Source: Gnetum montanum
Taxonomy: Eukaryota > Plantae > Gnetophyta
Direction: 5' to 3'
DNA length: 64,000 nucleotides
Assembly (NCBI GenBank): GCA_015680685.1
Contig: MNCI01000996.1
Span: 343,834 to 407,833, forward strand
The position numbers were made by a program, and so were the translations under genes. Position 1 is the first letter of the stretch, and the number at the start of each line of letters is the position of its first letter. The notes below the pieces were generated by a model. The model was given only the letters and a program-made list of their open reading frames with translations. It did not search any database and had not been told where the DNA came from. Below are positions 12,441-23,516 of this stretch, piece by piece.

Positions 12441-13815
12441 TGAAACACCACAAAATGTTGGGTCTCAGCACCTCAATTGCAAATTTGGCTAAGTGTTAAA
12501 ATGGTGGCACTTTGCCCAAATTTTTCTAAGTGTTGAGTGTAGTCAAATCCAAGTGTTAGATTTACAAATTTTCTCTAAGTGTTAGAATGATGACACTTTT
12601 TGCAAATTTTCCTAAGTGTTGGGACCATGCTCTCCACTATAGTAGAGCATAGTTAGCTTTAATGACCAATATTTTGCAATTTTAGCTAAGTGTTTGAATA
12701 AGGTCAAAATCTACAAAATTTTTCTAAGTGTTGTGCTATGCTCGGCACTGTAGTTGTTATGCTCGATACTATAGCTACTACGCTTGCTCCACTCTTGCAT
12801 AGCCAACACACAAATGGCTAGTTTTGCATAATTTCTCTAAGTGTTGTGCTATGCTCGATACTATAGTTTCTACGCTCGAGAGCGTAGCAAGCATAACCAA
12901 CACACAAATGGCTAGTTTTGCAAAAAATTTCTAAGTGTTGTGCTGCTATGCTTACTACTATAGCTACTATGCTCTTCACTATAGCTGCTATGGTCTTCCC
13001 ACCTACCACACTACCACATGTCACAGAATCTACATTTTGGACTAAACCTAGCCCTATAAATACCCCTGGACCCCCAACGTTTTAGGGGTTGGCAATTGGC
13101 ACTTTAATTTGAGCATTTGACATTTTGGCATCTTGGCACTTAACTCCATGGGAAAATGAGACCTAGAGCACGCCACATCAATAAAGAGGCATAACTACAC
13201 TGTACAATACACTGTGGCCCCATTGTAGCCCTTCAAAAGACCACACGGTACACCATGATGGCCAACCTAGTAGGCATGGTTCATCACGGCAAGTGCCAAA
13301 CTTCACAACCCAACACCACCAAGATTGTGACTATGCTTCCACTATGCTTGTTGTACATTGTGTACCTTTCAAGACCCTTCTCGAGTTAACTACACTTCCA
13401 TTTGGGGTGATGTTCCATTTCTCTCTCCTATTTCTAGCATTTTCTTGCATTTTTCTTACATCTTTTTGCACTTTTTCACACATCATCACATGGTATTACA
13501 CTTGAGTGGTAGTCTCCATAGGTTGACACCCTTGTCTCGGCTAAGACCCTTGGCTATGCTCTACACCTAGCACCTTGAAACACTGCTTTGACACTTAGCT
13601 CCATTTCATGTTGTTTGCATTTGCATTTTGACTAACCACACCACCCCCTAGTCGCATTCATCACCCCAGTTGTAGCTGGCAAAGTCCTTATTTGATTGAC
13701 AAGACTATTTAGGGTGCTCCACCTTCATTTCCTAGCAAAGGCTTGGAGGCATGGTTGTGGTTGTCTACCCAATAACCCCTTAATGTTCCAGCCATTAACA
13801 TTTTCAGTTGCTATA
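12441..13815 (+). repeat. 5' LTR of E3
   Basis: Starts TGAAACACCAC; TATAAATA at ~13055; about 9 CTAAGTGTT-type motifs at 12488-12940; followed by the PBS-like TGGTGCTTGAAAAAGGGC (13822-13839). Confidence 0.8.
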
Positions 13816-14049
13816 GTTTTTTGGTGCTTGAAAAAGGGCCTCACCATTTCCTTCTGCATTTTCTGATTATTGTCGTACAAGCTCTCTCCACCACTGGTTG
13901 GTGTAGATTGAACCCCATCATTAGTTCCCCTAGAACCCCACTAGACAAAAGCCAAAGCATATCTTTGGCACTTAACCAAAATTCTAGGTGCTTGGGAGAG
14001 TGTGGCCAGCTCCAGTATAGTGAGTGTAGCAATAGAGTTTTCCATTTTT

Positions 14050-14310
14050 AGCAACTTTCATAGCTAGCATTTTTTTCAACATTTCCATAGTTAGCATTTT
14101 TTCTACATTTCCATACTTAGAATTTTTCCTACATTTTCATACTTAGCCAAATTTTCTATAGTTTTACACTTAGTCAATTTTTTATAGTTTCCATACTTAG
14201 CTATTTTTCTACATTTTTACACTTAGACATTTTTCTACATTTTTATACTTAGCCATTTTTTTGCTACCAGTAGACTTAGTCATTTTTCTGCAATTTTCAG
14301 AGTTAGCCAT
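14050..14310 (+). repeat. ~22-bp tandem repeat (ACTTAGCCATTTTTCTACATTTT-like) in E3 5' UTR
   Basis: About a dozen visible units. Confidence 0.8.
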
Positions 14311-14349
14311 TTTTTTTTTTTGCAAATAGCAACTCTCACAACTCGATCT

Positions 14350-15177
14350 ATGAACATGAATCCAGATCAACCTTCCACATCAATTTCTAACACATTTGAA
14401 ATCATTATCCACCCAAAGCATGCCACACTAAGCCATGAATACTACAATTTTTTTTGTGCCAAAATCCAAGTAGGATTACTAGTGGATTGCCTCAACTTAG
14501 AGGCAAAATAGGAATACAAATGAGTTCATCGAGATGGATAGGAGTACAACCCCTCCTTATTTGACATAATCCCACTCACAAAGTCCTACCACCAGATGTT
14601 GTCCCAACTTATCCATGCAAATGAGCATGATGTAGGGACAACCTACAAGGAACCCTCACAGGAGGAAGAAGATGAGTTCAAGGCCCACTCTGAATGCAAG
14701 AGCCTCCTCTACACTATCTTCCAACAATCGCTCCCTAGTAGGTCCCTCCTTGGTTTGGTCCACCCATCCCCTCCAAGATGGTGACCATGTCAATTTATCC
14801 TTTCTTGCAAGCAACTGCTACATTTTCCCAACCCTATGCTCACACAGGGGTCACCTCCCAGCCCTAGATGATTTAGGCATCCTACATCCCACTTGTTTCA
14901 TTGGCATCCATAGCATCCATCTAACCCACTCATGTGTGGTCCACCTCAGTTACCATGGTCATCCCTCAACCAATACATCAACTAAACCCATCTGCTACAA
15001 CATTAAACTGGCAATGACTGTCCACTACGACGTTAAACTGGAAAATTCTACAAACAACAATTTGACCCTACATCATACAACCAATGCAAGCCCAACCAAT
15101 GCAATCGGTTGGCACATTGCCAAGCTTGGATCAAGCATTCCAATTGATCAAAAGTTTGATGAAGGATATTTGACCCT
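14350..15177 (+). pseudogene. gag: N-terminal gag fragment of E3
   Basis: HEYYNFFCAKIQ..LEAK and EEEDEF segments match the E1 gag N-terminus (HYNYICAKI..EAKAK, EEEDDF). Confidence 0.7.
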
Positions 15178-15813
15178 ACATTATGACCCTATTTCAGCCT
15201 TGCAAAACACCACACGATACACTATGGTGGCCAAACTAGCAAGCACAATTCATCATGGTGAGTGCTAGACTTCATGGCCCAACACCACTAAGACTATGAC
15301 TACACTCCCACTATGTCTGTTGTACACTATGTACCTTTTGAGACCCTTTTGGAATTAACTACGCTCCCATCTGGGGTGATGTTCCACTTCTCTTTCTCGT
15401 TTCTAGCATTTTCTTGCATTTTTCTTGCATATTTTCACACTTTTTTACACATTGTCACGTGATACTATGCTTGGGAAATAGTCTTTATGGGTTGATACCC
15501 TTTTTTTGGTTGAAACCCTTAGCTATGCTCACCCTCATTCTGTGGCTACACTCTACACTTAGCACTGTGAAACACTGCTTTGACACTTAGCTCCATTTCA
15601 CATTGTTTGCATTTGCATTTTGGCTAACCACGCCACCCCTTGGTTACACCCACCACCCTAGTTGCAACTGAGAAAGTCCTTATTCAATCAACAAGATCAT
15701 TTAGGATGCTCTGCCTCTATTTCCTAACAAAGGCCCTCCCGCAAAGGTAGGGTCAAGGCTATGCATCCATGAACCCCTTAGCATTCTAGCCACTGACATT
15801 TTTGATCACTACA
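15178..15813 (+). repeat. Truncated 3' LTR of E3
   Basis: Direct repeat of 13208-13815; ends CACTACA followed by the TSD. Confidence 0.8.
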
Positions 15814-15818
15814 TAAAG

Positions 15819-17151
15819 GTGTCATCACCAGCATCCCTCAAAGAGCCCTTTTTCATTAGAGTACCCTAGCCCATCCCAACTGATTCCACCCACACAACGA
15901 AGCAATAACCCTCCATGGTGGCTAATGCAATGTCTTCTTCCTCACAACCAACTAAGGATAATAAAAAATCCCCAGCCAAACAATAGAAGAAGGTTGGGTA
16001 GAAAGCCAAGAATAAAAGTGATAAGTAAGTTTAGAAATAGAGGGAAGTGGACCCACTAAAGTTCACTTCCATCTCATCAATGCCCATGACCTCCACAACC
16101 TAGGTTGCTTCAACGAGTAAACCACAAGAGAAACCAAAACCTCGAGAGGAAAGGAAAGAGGATAGGCCACAACAACAACCTAAACATGAAGTTTGCATTT
16201 TTGTATGTATGAAGGAAATTAGAAAAAAAAAATCAACAATCAATAACAAAGACATTCATAATGCGATGGAACAAGTTAAGCCATCTCTCAAGCAAGGGAA
16301 CACAACCCTGAGCTTGTATAACGGTCATGAATTTTGCTACCAACTGCAAAGCATTGGTTAAGATGTTAACCTCTATTCATGTTAGTGATACATCCCCACT
16401 GATGAAGAGTATATCCATGCAATGATGGTACCCTCTTTACCTAGGGAATCAAAGTCAACATCTCTAGTGTTTCACGATAGCAAAATTAAGAAAAACCATC
16501 AAAATAGTGAGGAAACCAAGTCACACCTCTTCATAACCATATGGGTTAGGCAATTCAAAGTACATAGCATACATGTAAATAATGGGGCATCAACCAATGT
16601 GATACCTTATACCAGTGTTACGCATTTGTTCTTGACAGAATAGATGTAACACACATTGACTTAAATTCTTAAATCCTTTAATGGATCATAGGTTGTAGCC
16701 AAAGGCTTCATTTATTTAGATTTTGTGGTAGGGGAATAGTTCCCCATAATGATATATTTCTTTGTGGTAGAAGAAACATAAGGATTCAGCCTTATCCTTG
16801 AAAGATCTTAGCTTGCTCAATTGCAAGTTGTGTCTTCACCTATTCACCAAGAAATTCACCTACCTTACAAGGGAGGTAAAATCATTAGTGTAGTACCTTT
16901 AGTTGTTAAAATCATTGACATAGAACAAGGGTCTGAATTGGAGTTTTAGAAACAAACTCTTACCATTCTTCACAAAATTCAAAAGGTAGATAGACCAAAA
17001 GAGGCTGAAGTAAACAATGATGAATCCATCGATGTGCTATGGGAATCCTTTCAACATTATCAATGAAGGAGATGGAGAATATAAACTACTACAAAATAGA
17101 CCATACACATTTCCTAATCTCTCAAAGATTAAGAAGCACTTGCACAAGTGA
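15819..17151 (+). pseudogene. E1 gag C-terminus and aspartic protease
   Basis: HLFITIWV..VHSIHVNNGASTNVIP..LKSFNG..GFSLILERS..SPIHQEIHLP (Ogre/Tat-type PR; paralogues read VDDG/VDDK); the frame ends EGDGEYK..KIKKHLHK* at 17149-17151. Confidence 0.8.
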
Positions 17152-17809
17152 TATATGTTTCTAATTCTTTTTATACCCTATGCACTTATAATCCTATATG
17201 TACCTATAGCTTGATAGCCTAGTATTTACTTTACATATTTGTGTTATCTCATTTTTCTTTACGTTAAATTTAAATTTTCCTATAGTTTAAAGTTTACTTT
17301 GGTTTTACATGCTTTTACTTTCAAAGCTTTTTATTTTCTTTTCTTTTTTCCCAAAATATAAAAACCTCATAAAAACCTTTAAAGCTAAAAAATCCATAAA
17401 AATTTTTGAACAAAAAATAACCAAAAAGATGCTTTCTTTTACATATTTTACATTTTTCCATGCCATTAAACTAGAAAATACCATATGACCTACCATGGTC
17501 TAAAACTGTCAAACAACCTTATAACTTATTCTTACTTTAGTTTACAACCTTAATTCCTAGTCGTTCCAATCCTTTTATTGCATTATATCCAAGATTAGTT
17601 AACATAGCCTCAAAACATAGATTACAACATAAAACTGTAGCATGAACAAAACCAAAATGCTTGAGCATTATAACCAAAATTTAAACTAAAACTTAAAATT
17701 AAAATTAAAATTAAAAGGTCTAAAACATCACAACCATAGCCACATAATGTGGAAAAAAATTTCAAACAATGAATGTTCAAAAAATAAACTATTTTGGCTA
17801 GCACTAGCC

Positions 17810-20800
17810 ATACATCATCATCAAATTAAATTCAAAATAGTTGAAACTAAAAGGCAACTAATGGAACTAAGGTGCATGTAGTTGAGTACATGAGAAATAC
17901 ATAAAAATCGATTAGTAACCAACACATATAAAAATAAAATAAATGACTTAAGAAAAAATAAAATAAAACCAAAGCTAAAACAAGCAAACTTAAGATGGTT
18001 TCAGGGCTACATATTTCATGAGGAAGTTCTAAAGACCAACCTCTAGATTGTGGAAAAGTTGATATTCAAACATGTTAGCCTAGTCTATGTCCCTAAGATT
18101 AATACCCATGAGGATATTAGTCCTATCAACATCACTCCATGTAGGTGACTCATGTGAAAACATGGTAGTAGTTACCTCCCCTAAGGTAGTAGTCATATGG
18201 CAAGTGGGGGAGTTGGCTATAACCACACTTTTTCCAAAAATCTTATAAATTTCCTTTGCATTGATGCCCATTTTGAAAAACTCTAATACTATCACTTTGT
18301 AGACTAATTTTGGAGCCACTTGAGGTAGGCATCCCCTTCTACCTTGTACATTCTCTTGTGGTCAAGGACCCAACCATAGTAATCCTTCCACTCCCCAACC
18401 TTATAGTTTATGAGATTAATCTAAAGCTATTTTTTTCCAACTCTTTGGCAAGGGTAACCTTGCCATGGATCGCATTCTAGTAGTCATCCCAAGTTATCTT
18501 CTTGGTATGTAAGGAGTCCTGGTTAGACACTTCAGCCTCTATGAAGTGTTTACAATCCTTGAGGTCCTTCACCTTCTTCATTAGCTTTTTCTTCTCCCTT
18601 CTTCATGCTAAAACTTGTTCCCATAGGAACTCATTGGTATGTCTACATCCCCACAAATACTTATCACAAAAGAGTGCACATCTAGTGGTACCCTCATATA
18701 GTTTTCATGGGACATTCTCTACATCAAGAGGTAAAGGAGGCAATGTGGCAACCTCCACTAGTTAGTCAAGATCCCATCCTAGTTTAGGCACTATAATGAA
18801 CATAAAGTGAAATCTAACAAATAAAATCAATTAATAACTAAAAAATGAAAGATGAACAAACACTTCATAACCATAAAAAACCATATGAAAATAAAAAAAC
18901 ACATATATAGTAGAGGAAAAATAGGTTAGAACTCTTACCAACTTTAAGGGTTACTTGCTATAGTCGATTAACCATATCTTCAACTACACCCTTTATGGAT
19001 TCAAACTTATTGAGGGTATCCACCTATGGTTTCATGCAAAAGATGGAAGTGGAAGCTTCGGCCTAAGACTTTAAAGTTACAACATGTGTAATAAACAATA
19101 AGAAACTATGACTAAGGTCAAACATGAACCAACAAAAAATAATAAAAACACATAAAACTGAAGACCATAAGTACCTTGTGGGATCATTCATGAGAAGGTA
19201 GGAGGTTTAGTTAGTTTTTCATCCTTAAACAAAGCATCAAAGTTGTCCACAGGAGGATGGGATAAGCTCTTATCCCCTTGGTTTTGCAATGCCTCATCCT
19301 CATAATGTTGCAATACCTCTTCTTCTAGATGTCACATCTCCTCTTCTTCTTAGTGCCTTCATTCCTCTTCAACTATTGTTGCTGCCATAGCCTCTTGTTC
19401 TTGCTACTTATCTACAAGAACACCAACCATGAAACATAGTGTAACTTAGCATAATTTGCAAGACCATAAACCAACTACATTAATTTAAAATCATAATCTT
19501 AAAAAAATAATAATAAAATAAAAAATAAAATTAGAACATACCTCTAACATCATGTTGTACCCCTCTAATCTTAATGATCAACTTTTTCTTTAAGGGCTTC
19601 TCGATCACTAGCACTATCTCATCCATCAAGGACCTCTTAAGATTTACCATGGTTGTTCCATTAGCCTCAGAGTGTAATTATCAAGCCCTCTTGACATTAC
19701 CTAGCACTACAAGAGGCTCCACCCCCATGCTATTAGGGGATGCACAAAGCCTACCACCAATCCCCTTGATCATGATAGATAGTGATTCACCCATGCCTTC
19801 CAGTGGATCTTGGGCTTTTGTAGTTGAAGGAAGATGCCTCCGCCAAGGCTTGGTGAGTTGGGATGGATCTTGGATGGTCCATCATCCATCCTTCCTCACC
19901 AAAATGAACTCTACAAATCTCTAAATATAAGTTGCAAAGAGTGCAAAATGCACAGGACACTTTGTCTTAAGATTGTTCCTACACTTTAGGATCTTCCACT
20001 ACAGCTTAGAAACCAAGTGGATAGTCCAATTAAATCAAGAATCCATAGTGAGCACTTGCTTGATGGCCCAAGATTTCTCCATGCATATAACCTTCCTCTG
20101 TGATAACAACTTAGGATATGCATAGGATCAAAATAAGGGATACATCTCTCTAGAATCGATACCCTAGAACTGGCTTAGAGAGAATCTCTTACTACCATGG
20201 TGAGTGTTTAGCCACTCCTCCACTTCCTTCCAGTGCTTCCCCTCCCTCCCAAATTTGGTGATAATTGGAATAACTTCATTTGAGATACCAAAGAGGTTAC
20301 AAAAGGTGGATTCATTAATTTGCAAAATGATGATCATGCTATGAACATGGGTGATGAACCTCTTGGCTTCTTAGCTAAAGGAGTCAATGATGCTCAACAT
20401 CTTTGTAGTGGGAATGATTGGGCTTAGGACCATGAAAAGGCCAAAAAGGCCCACATGAATGATCCTCTTATGGATAGCATCATATTCCTAGTCAAACAAC
20501 CATCTCTATGCAATATCCACCTCATCAAACTTAAAGATCAAGGTCTCCAGAGCATGTCATGAAGTGATCACTGTAACATCAGCTATTAGAGTGACCTCCA
20601 CAACATAACAAAAGATAGCATGTTAGCCTTAGCATAGGTGCATCATGTAAAATAAAATTATAGCCAACATTAAAATGAAACCAATGTAATTACTTAAACA
20701 ACCAAAACCAAAATAACTTAATACCCACATAACTCGAAAAATGTTAGCATAAAAATAACCCAAATCAATAAATCAAAACACTCACTTCACCTATATAATG

Positions 20801-22918
20801 TAGGCATCGTAGGAGCTCTAGGAGATGGGTTTACTTCTATGTCATTAAGATATGGGTTTTCCCACCAACTATCTATCATCCCATTCACTAGACATCTCTT
20901 ATAAGCCTTAGGGTGGTGTCCAATGCTTCCTTCAAAGTCTTCCTCTAATTGCTCCATTACTGCAAGCCTCATATTTGGGATTTTAGTAAATACGTCTAAA
21001 GTTGTGTGTTCTAGGCACAAAAGGTTGTCAACTTTGATTAATCATTGCTCATTCATCCTATACCTATAGGTAAATGAGGCAAAATGAATTAAGAAAAAAA
21101 TTAAATAAAGTAACCATAAACCAAAGACCACAATTGTACTTATCCCTCTATGTGGTAGATGATGCCTAAAGGGTTTTAAAATAATGTATGGACACAATGG
21201 TTAATAATCAAAGTGTTGTCCTTATTGTACTAGTTGAACTTAGGCATCTCCCAAATTTTTGACAATTTGCGAGTGTCCACGATAGCTTCATCATCATTAT
21301 TCTCTCCTTCTACATAAACGTTAAGTTCATCAATCAAGAACTTAATAGTTAGGCTAGAGGAACTAGGAAAAAGACTTTCCGCTATTGATGCTACTATTTC
21401 GAATGCCAAGTATGACCAAACAATCACACTATAATTCTGAAGTAGGTAGATGAGAAAGTCCTTAGCCCTTGGCCTAAACCATACTCCACGGTGTCCCACT
21501 CAATATCAAGAATTGGAGTGTTAGTTCTTGGGAGAAGAATGCAACATAGGAGGCCCACCATCTCTACAACCACTAGGATGGGCTTCAAGAAGACCCTGTA
21601 ACATCCAACACACTACCATTATAAACCATGAAAACCAAAAACTAAAATTAAAAAGCTAGAATTAAACAGAACCAAAATGACAATAAGATAACATTACAAC
21701 TAGCATATCAACCTTTTTAGATTTATTACCACACAACATAGAAGAAAAACACTTGGGAAAAATTCAAAACATGATCTAAGTCTACAACCAAAATTTTACA
21801 TTGCACACCAACATGGCCATGAGAAATTTCTTACAAAAAATATGAAAAAAAAAATTATTTGATCCAAACTACTTCTAGCCCCTTTCCAACATCCCAAACA
21901 ATCCCCAAGATCATGGGACATTGAGGGGAAAATTTTTTTAAAGTCTCAACATTGCCCATCTTCACAAGGGTAAATGCATAACAATCTTAAAACCTCAATT
22001 TCACACAACTTTACGAAAATTTCCATAGAAAATTAATTGCTTATCCATTTTCAATGTCTATAGAAAATTAACTATTTATCCATTTTTGATTCCATAGCCA
22101 TTGGAATTTTAAAACCCTAAACTACAACCTTATAATTAGAAACCATAAAAAATATTAAGCAATTTTTCAGAAAATATTACAAAAGTGACCTAATCGTGGC
22201 TATCATACTAAAAATCAATTTTTTTGCAAGTTCACAGAATCAACCATAAAAACAAAACTATTTATCCAAATTTGATGGTTCAAAATTTTTTGAAATCCTT
22301 CAATATTAAACTACGAACCCATAACCATTAAACTAAAAATTTTATAGCCATTTATTGCAAAAAAAAATACATATGTTAGATCAAAAATAGCCAAAAAATA
22401 GAATACCCAATTGACATAACCTTAGAAAAATGACTATAGAAACTTAACCATAATGCAAAATCAGGTGGTTCAAAAATCTAGAGAACTAGAAAATAGTACA
22501 AAGTAATCCAATCACCATTTTCTCAAGAATAAGTTCATAGGTAATGTTGCTTTTTTGGGTGGAAAAAAAGCAAAAACCCATGGAAATAATTAAAAAGGCA
22601 TTTAAACTTCAATGTAAGCAAAATCCAAAGTCCAAGTAACACAAAAAATGGATAAACATAACCAGAACCTATCATGGGAGTTTTGTGAAATCCCAAAATA
22701 ATTGGTAAACAAGCCTAGATTTGAAAAATGGTATGAACCTAAAAACAGAATAAAAAAATAGATAAAAAAATGGCCATAGATGTATACCTAGGATAAACCA
22801 TTTTTGAACCTTTTCTAATCTTAGGATGGGGAAGGCATGTAAAGCCCTGAGCAACTACATCTACCTCCTCCAATGTGGGATTCTTCATGGGTGCCTTCCT
22901 CTTCATGCTGATTGGCAT
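17810..22918 (-). pseudogene. Antisense multi-exon accessory gene of E1: FCP1/NIF-like HAD domain + PMD-like domain + acidic/charged C-terminus
   Basis: Model: exons 22918-22788, 21595-21144, 21063-20786, ~20597-19542, 19411-19175, ~19077-18939, 18790-~17990, ~17870-17810. Donors GTATAC, GTGAGT, GTATGT, GTACTT and GTAAGA; the first three introns have compatible phases; exon order is the same in E2, H and E4. Confidence 0.75.
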
Positions 22919-23516
22919 AGAGAATGCAAGAAAACCTTGAAATTATGGTGACTATGCTAACACTATTAGTTAGGAAAGCCTTGACTACATTGAGGCTAGT
23001 GTTGGTGGAAAGAATAGAGCTCCAACTTGGGCATAGCAATTGAGAAGTATGACAACACTGATTTTTTGCAACTTGTTCTAAATGAAATCAAGCCTTAAAC
23101 CTAAGCACCCACCTTGAAATCATGGTTTCCATACACAACTCCTAGTTCACTTGGTGATGAAATTGGAAACTATAGACTACATTGGGTTATAAGGATATTT
23201 TCCATAAAAATTTGCTAATTTCAAGTGGATCCCATTATGTGCTCCAAAAAAAATCTTGAAAAATTCATGACTACACTAAGCACTCTCAACTTCTAGGCTT
23301 GACTATGCTAAAGCCTACACTTCTAGAATCCTTGAAACAAATAACACCTCCCATCCATATTTCAAAACCAAATTCCTAGTCCTTTTCCCATGTTGAAAAC
23401 CTTACAAACAAATCAAACAAGCGAGTATTGACAGCCATAGTGAATAGGATTGCAGAAAGCTTCAAGATTCATGTAGAAAACTAGATTTCTATGGAACCAA
23501 GCTGGCCTTGAGGATG

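Larger units (their letters stand above)
12441..15813 (+). mobile_element. E3: internally deleted Tat-type element (LTR-PBS-UTR-gag start fused to the 3' half of the 3' LTR)
   Basis: TG...CA termini, perfect TSD TAAAG (12436-12440 / 15814-15818); removing it restores E1 gag as in the paralogue at 1-60; 13208-13815 is repeated at 15178-15813. Confidence 0.9.

Noticed and set aside
17810-22918. Ordinary host phosphatase gene trapped among repeats
   Set aside because: It lies inside the TSD-bounded E1 and recurs at the same position relative to gag in E2, H and E4; all copies are decayed.
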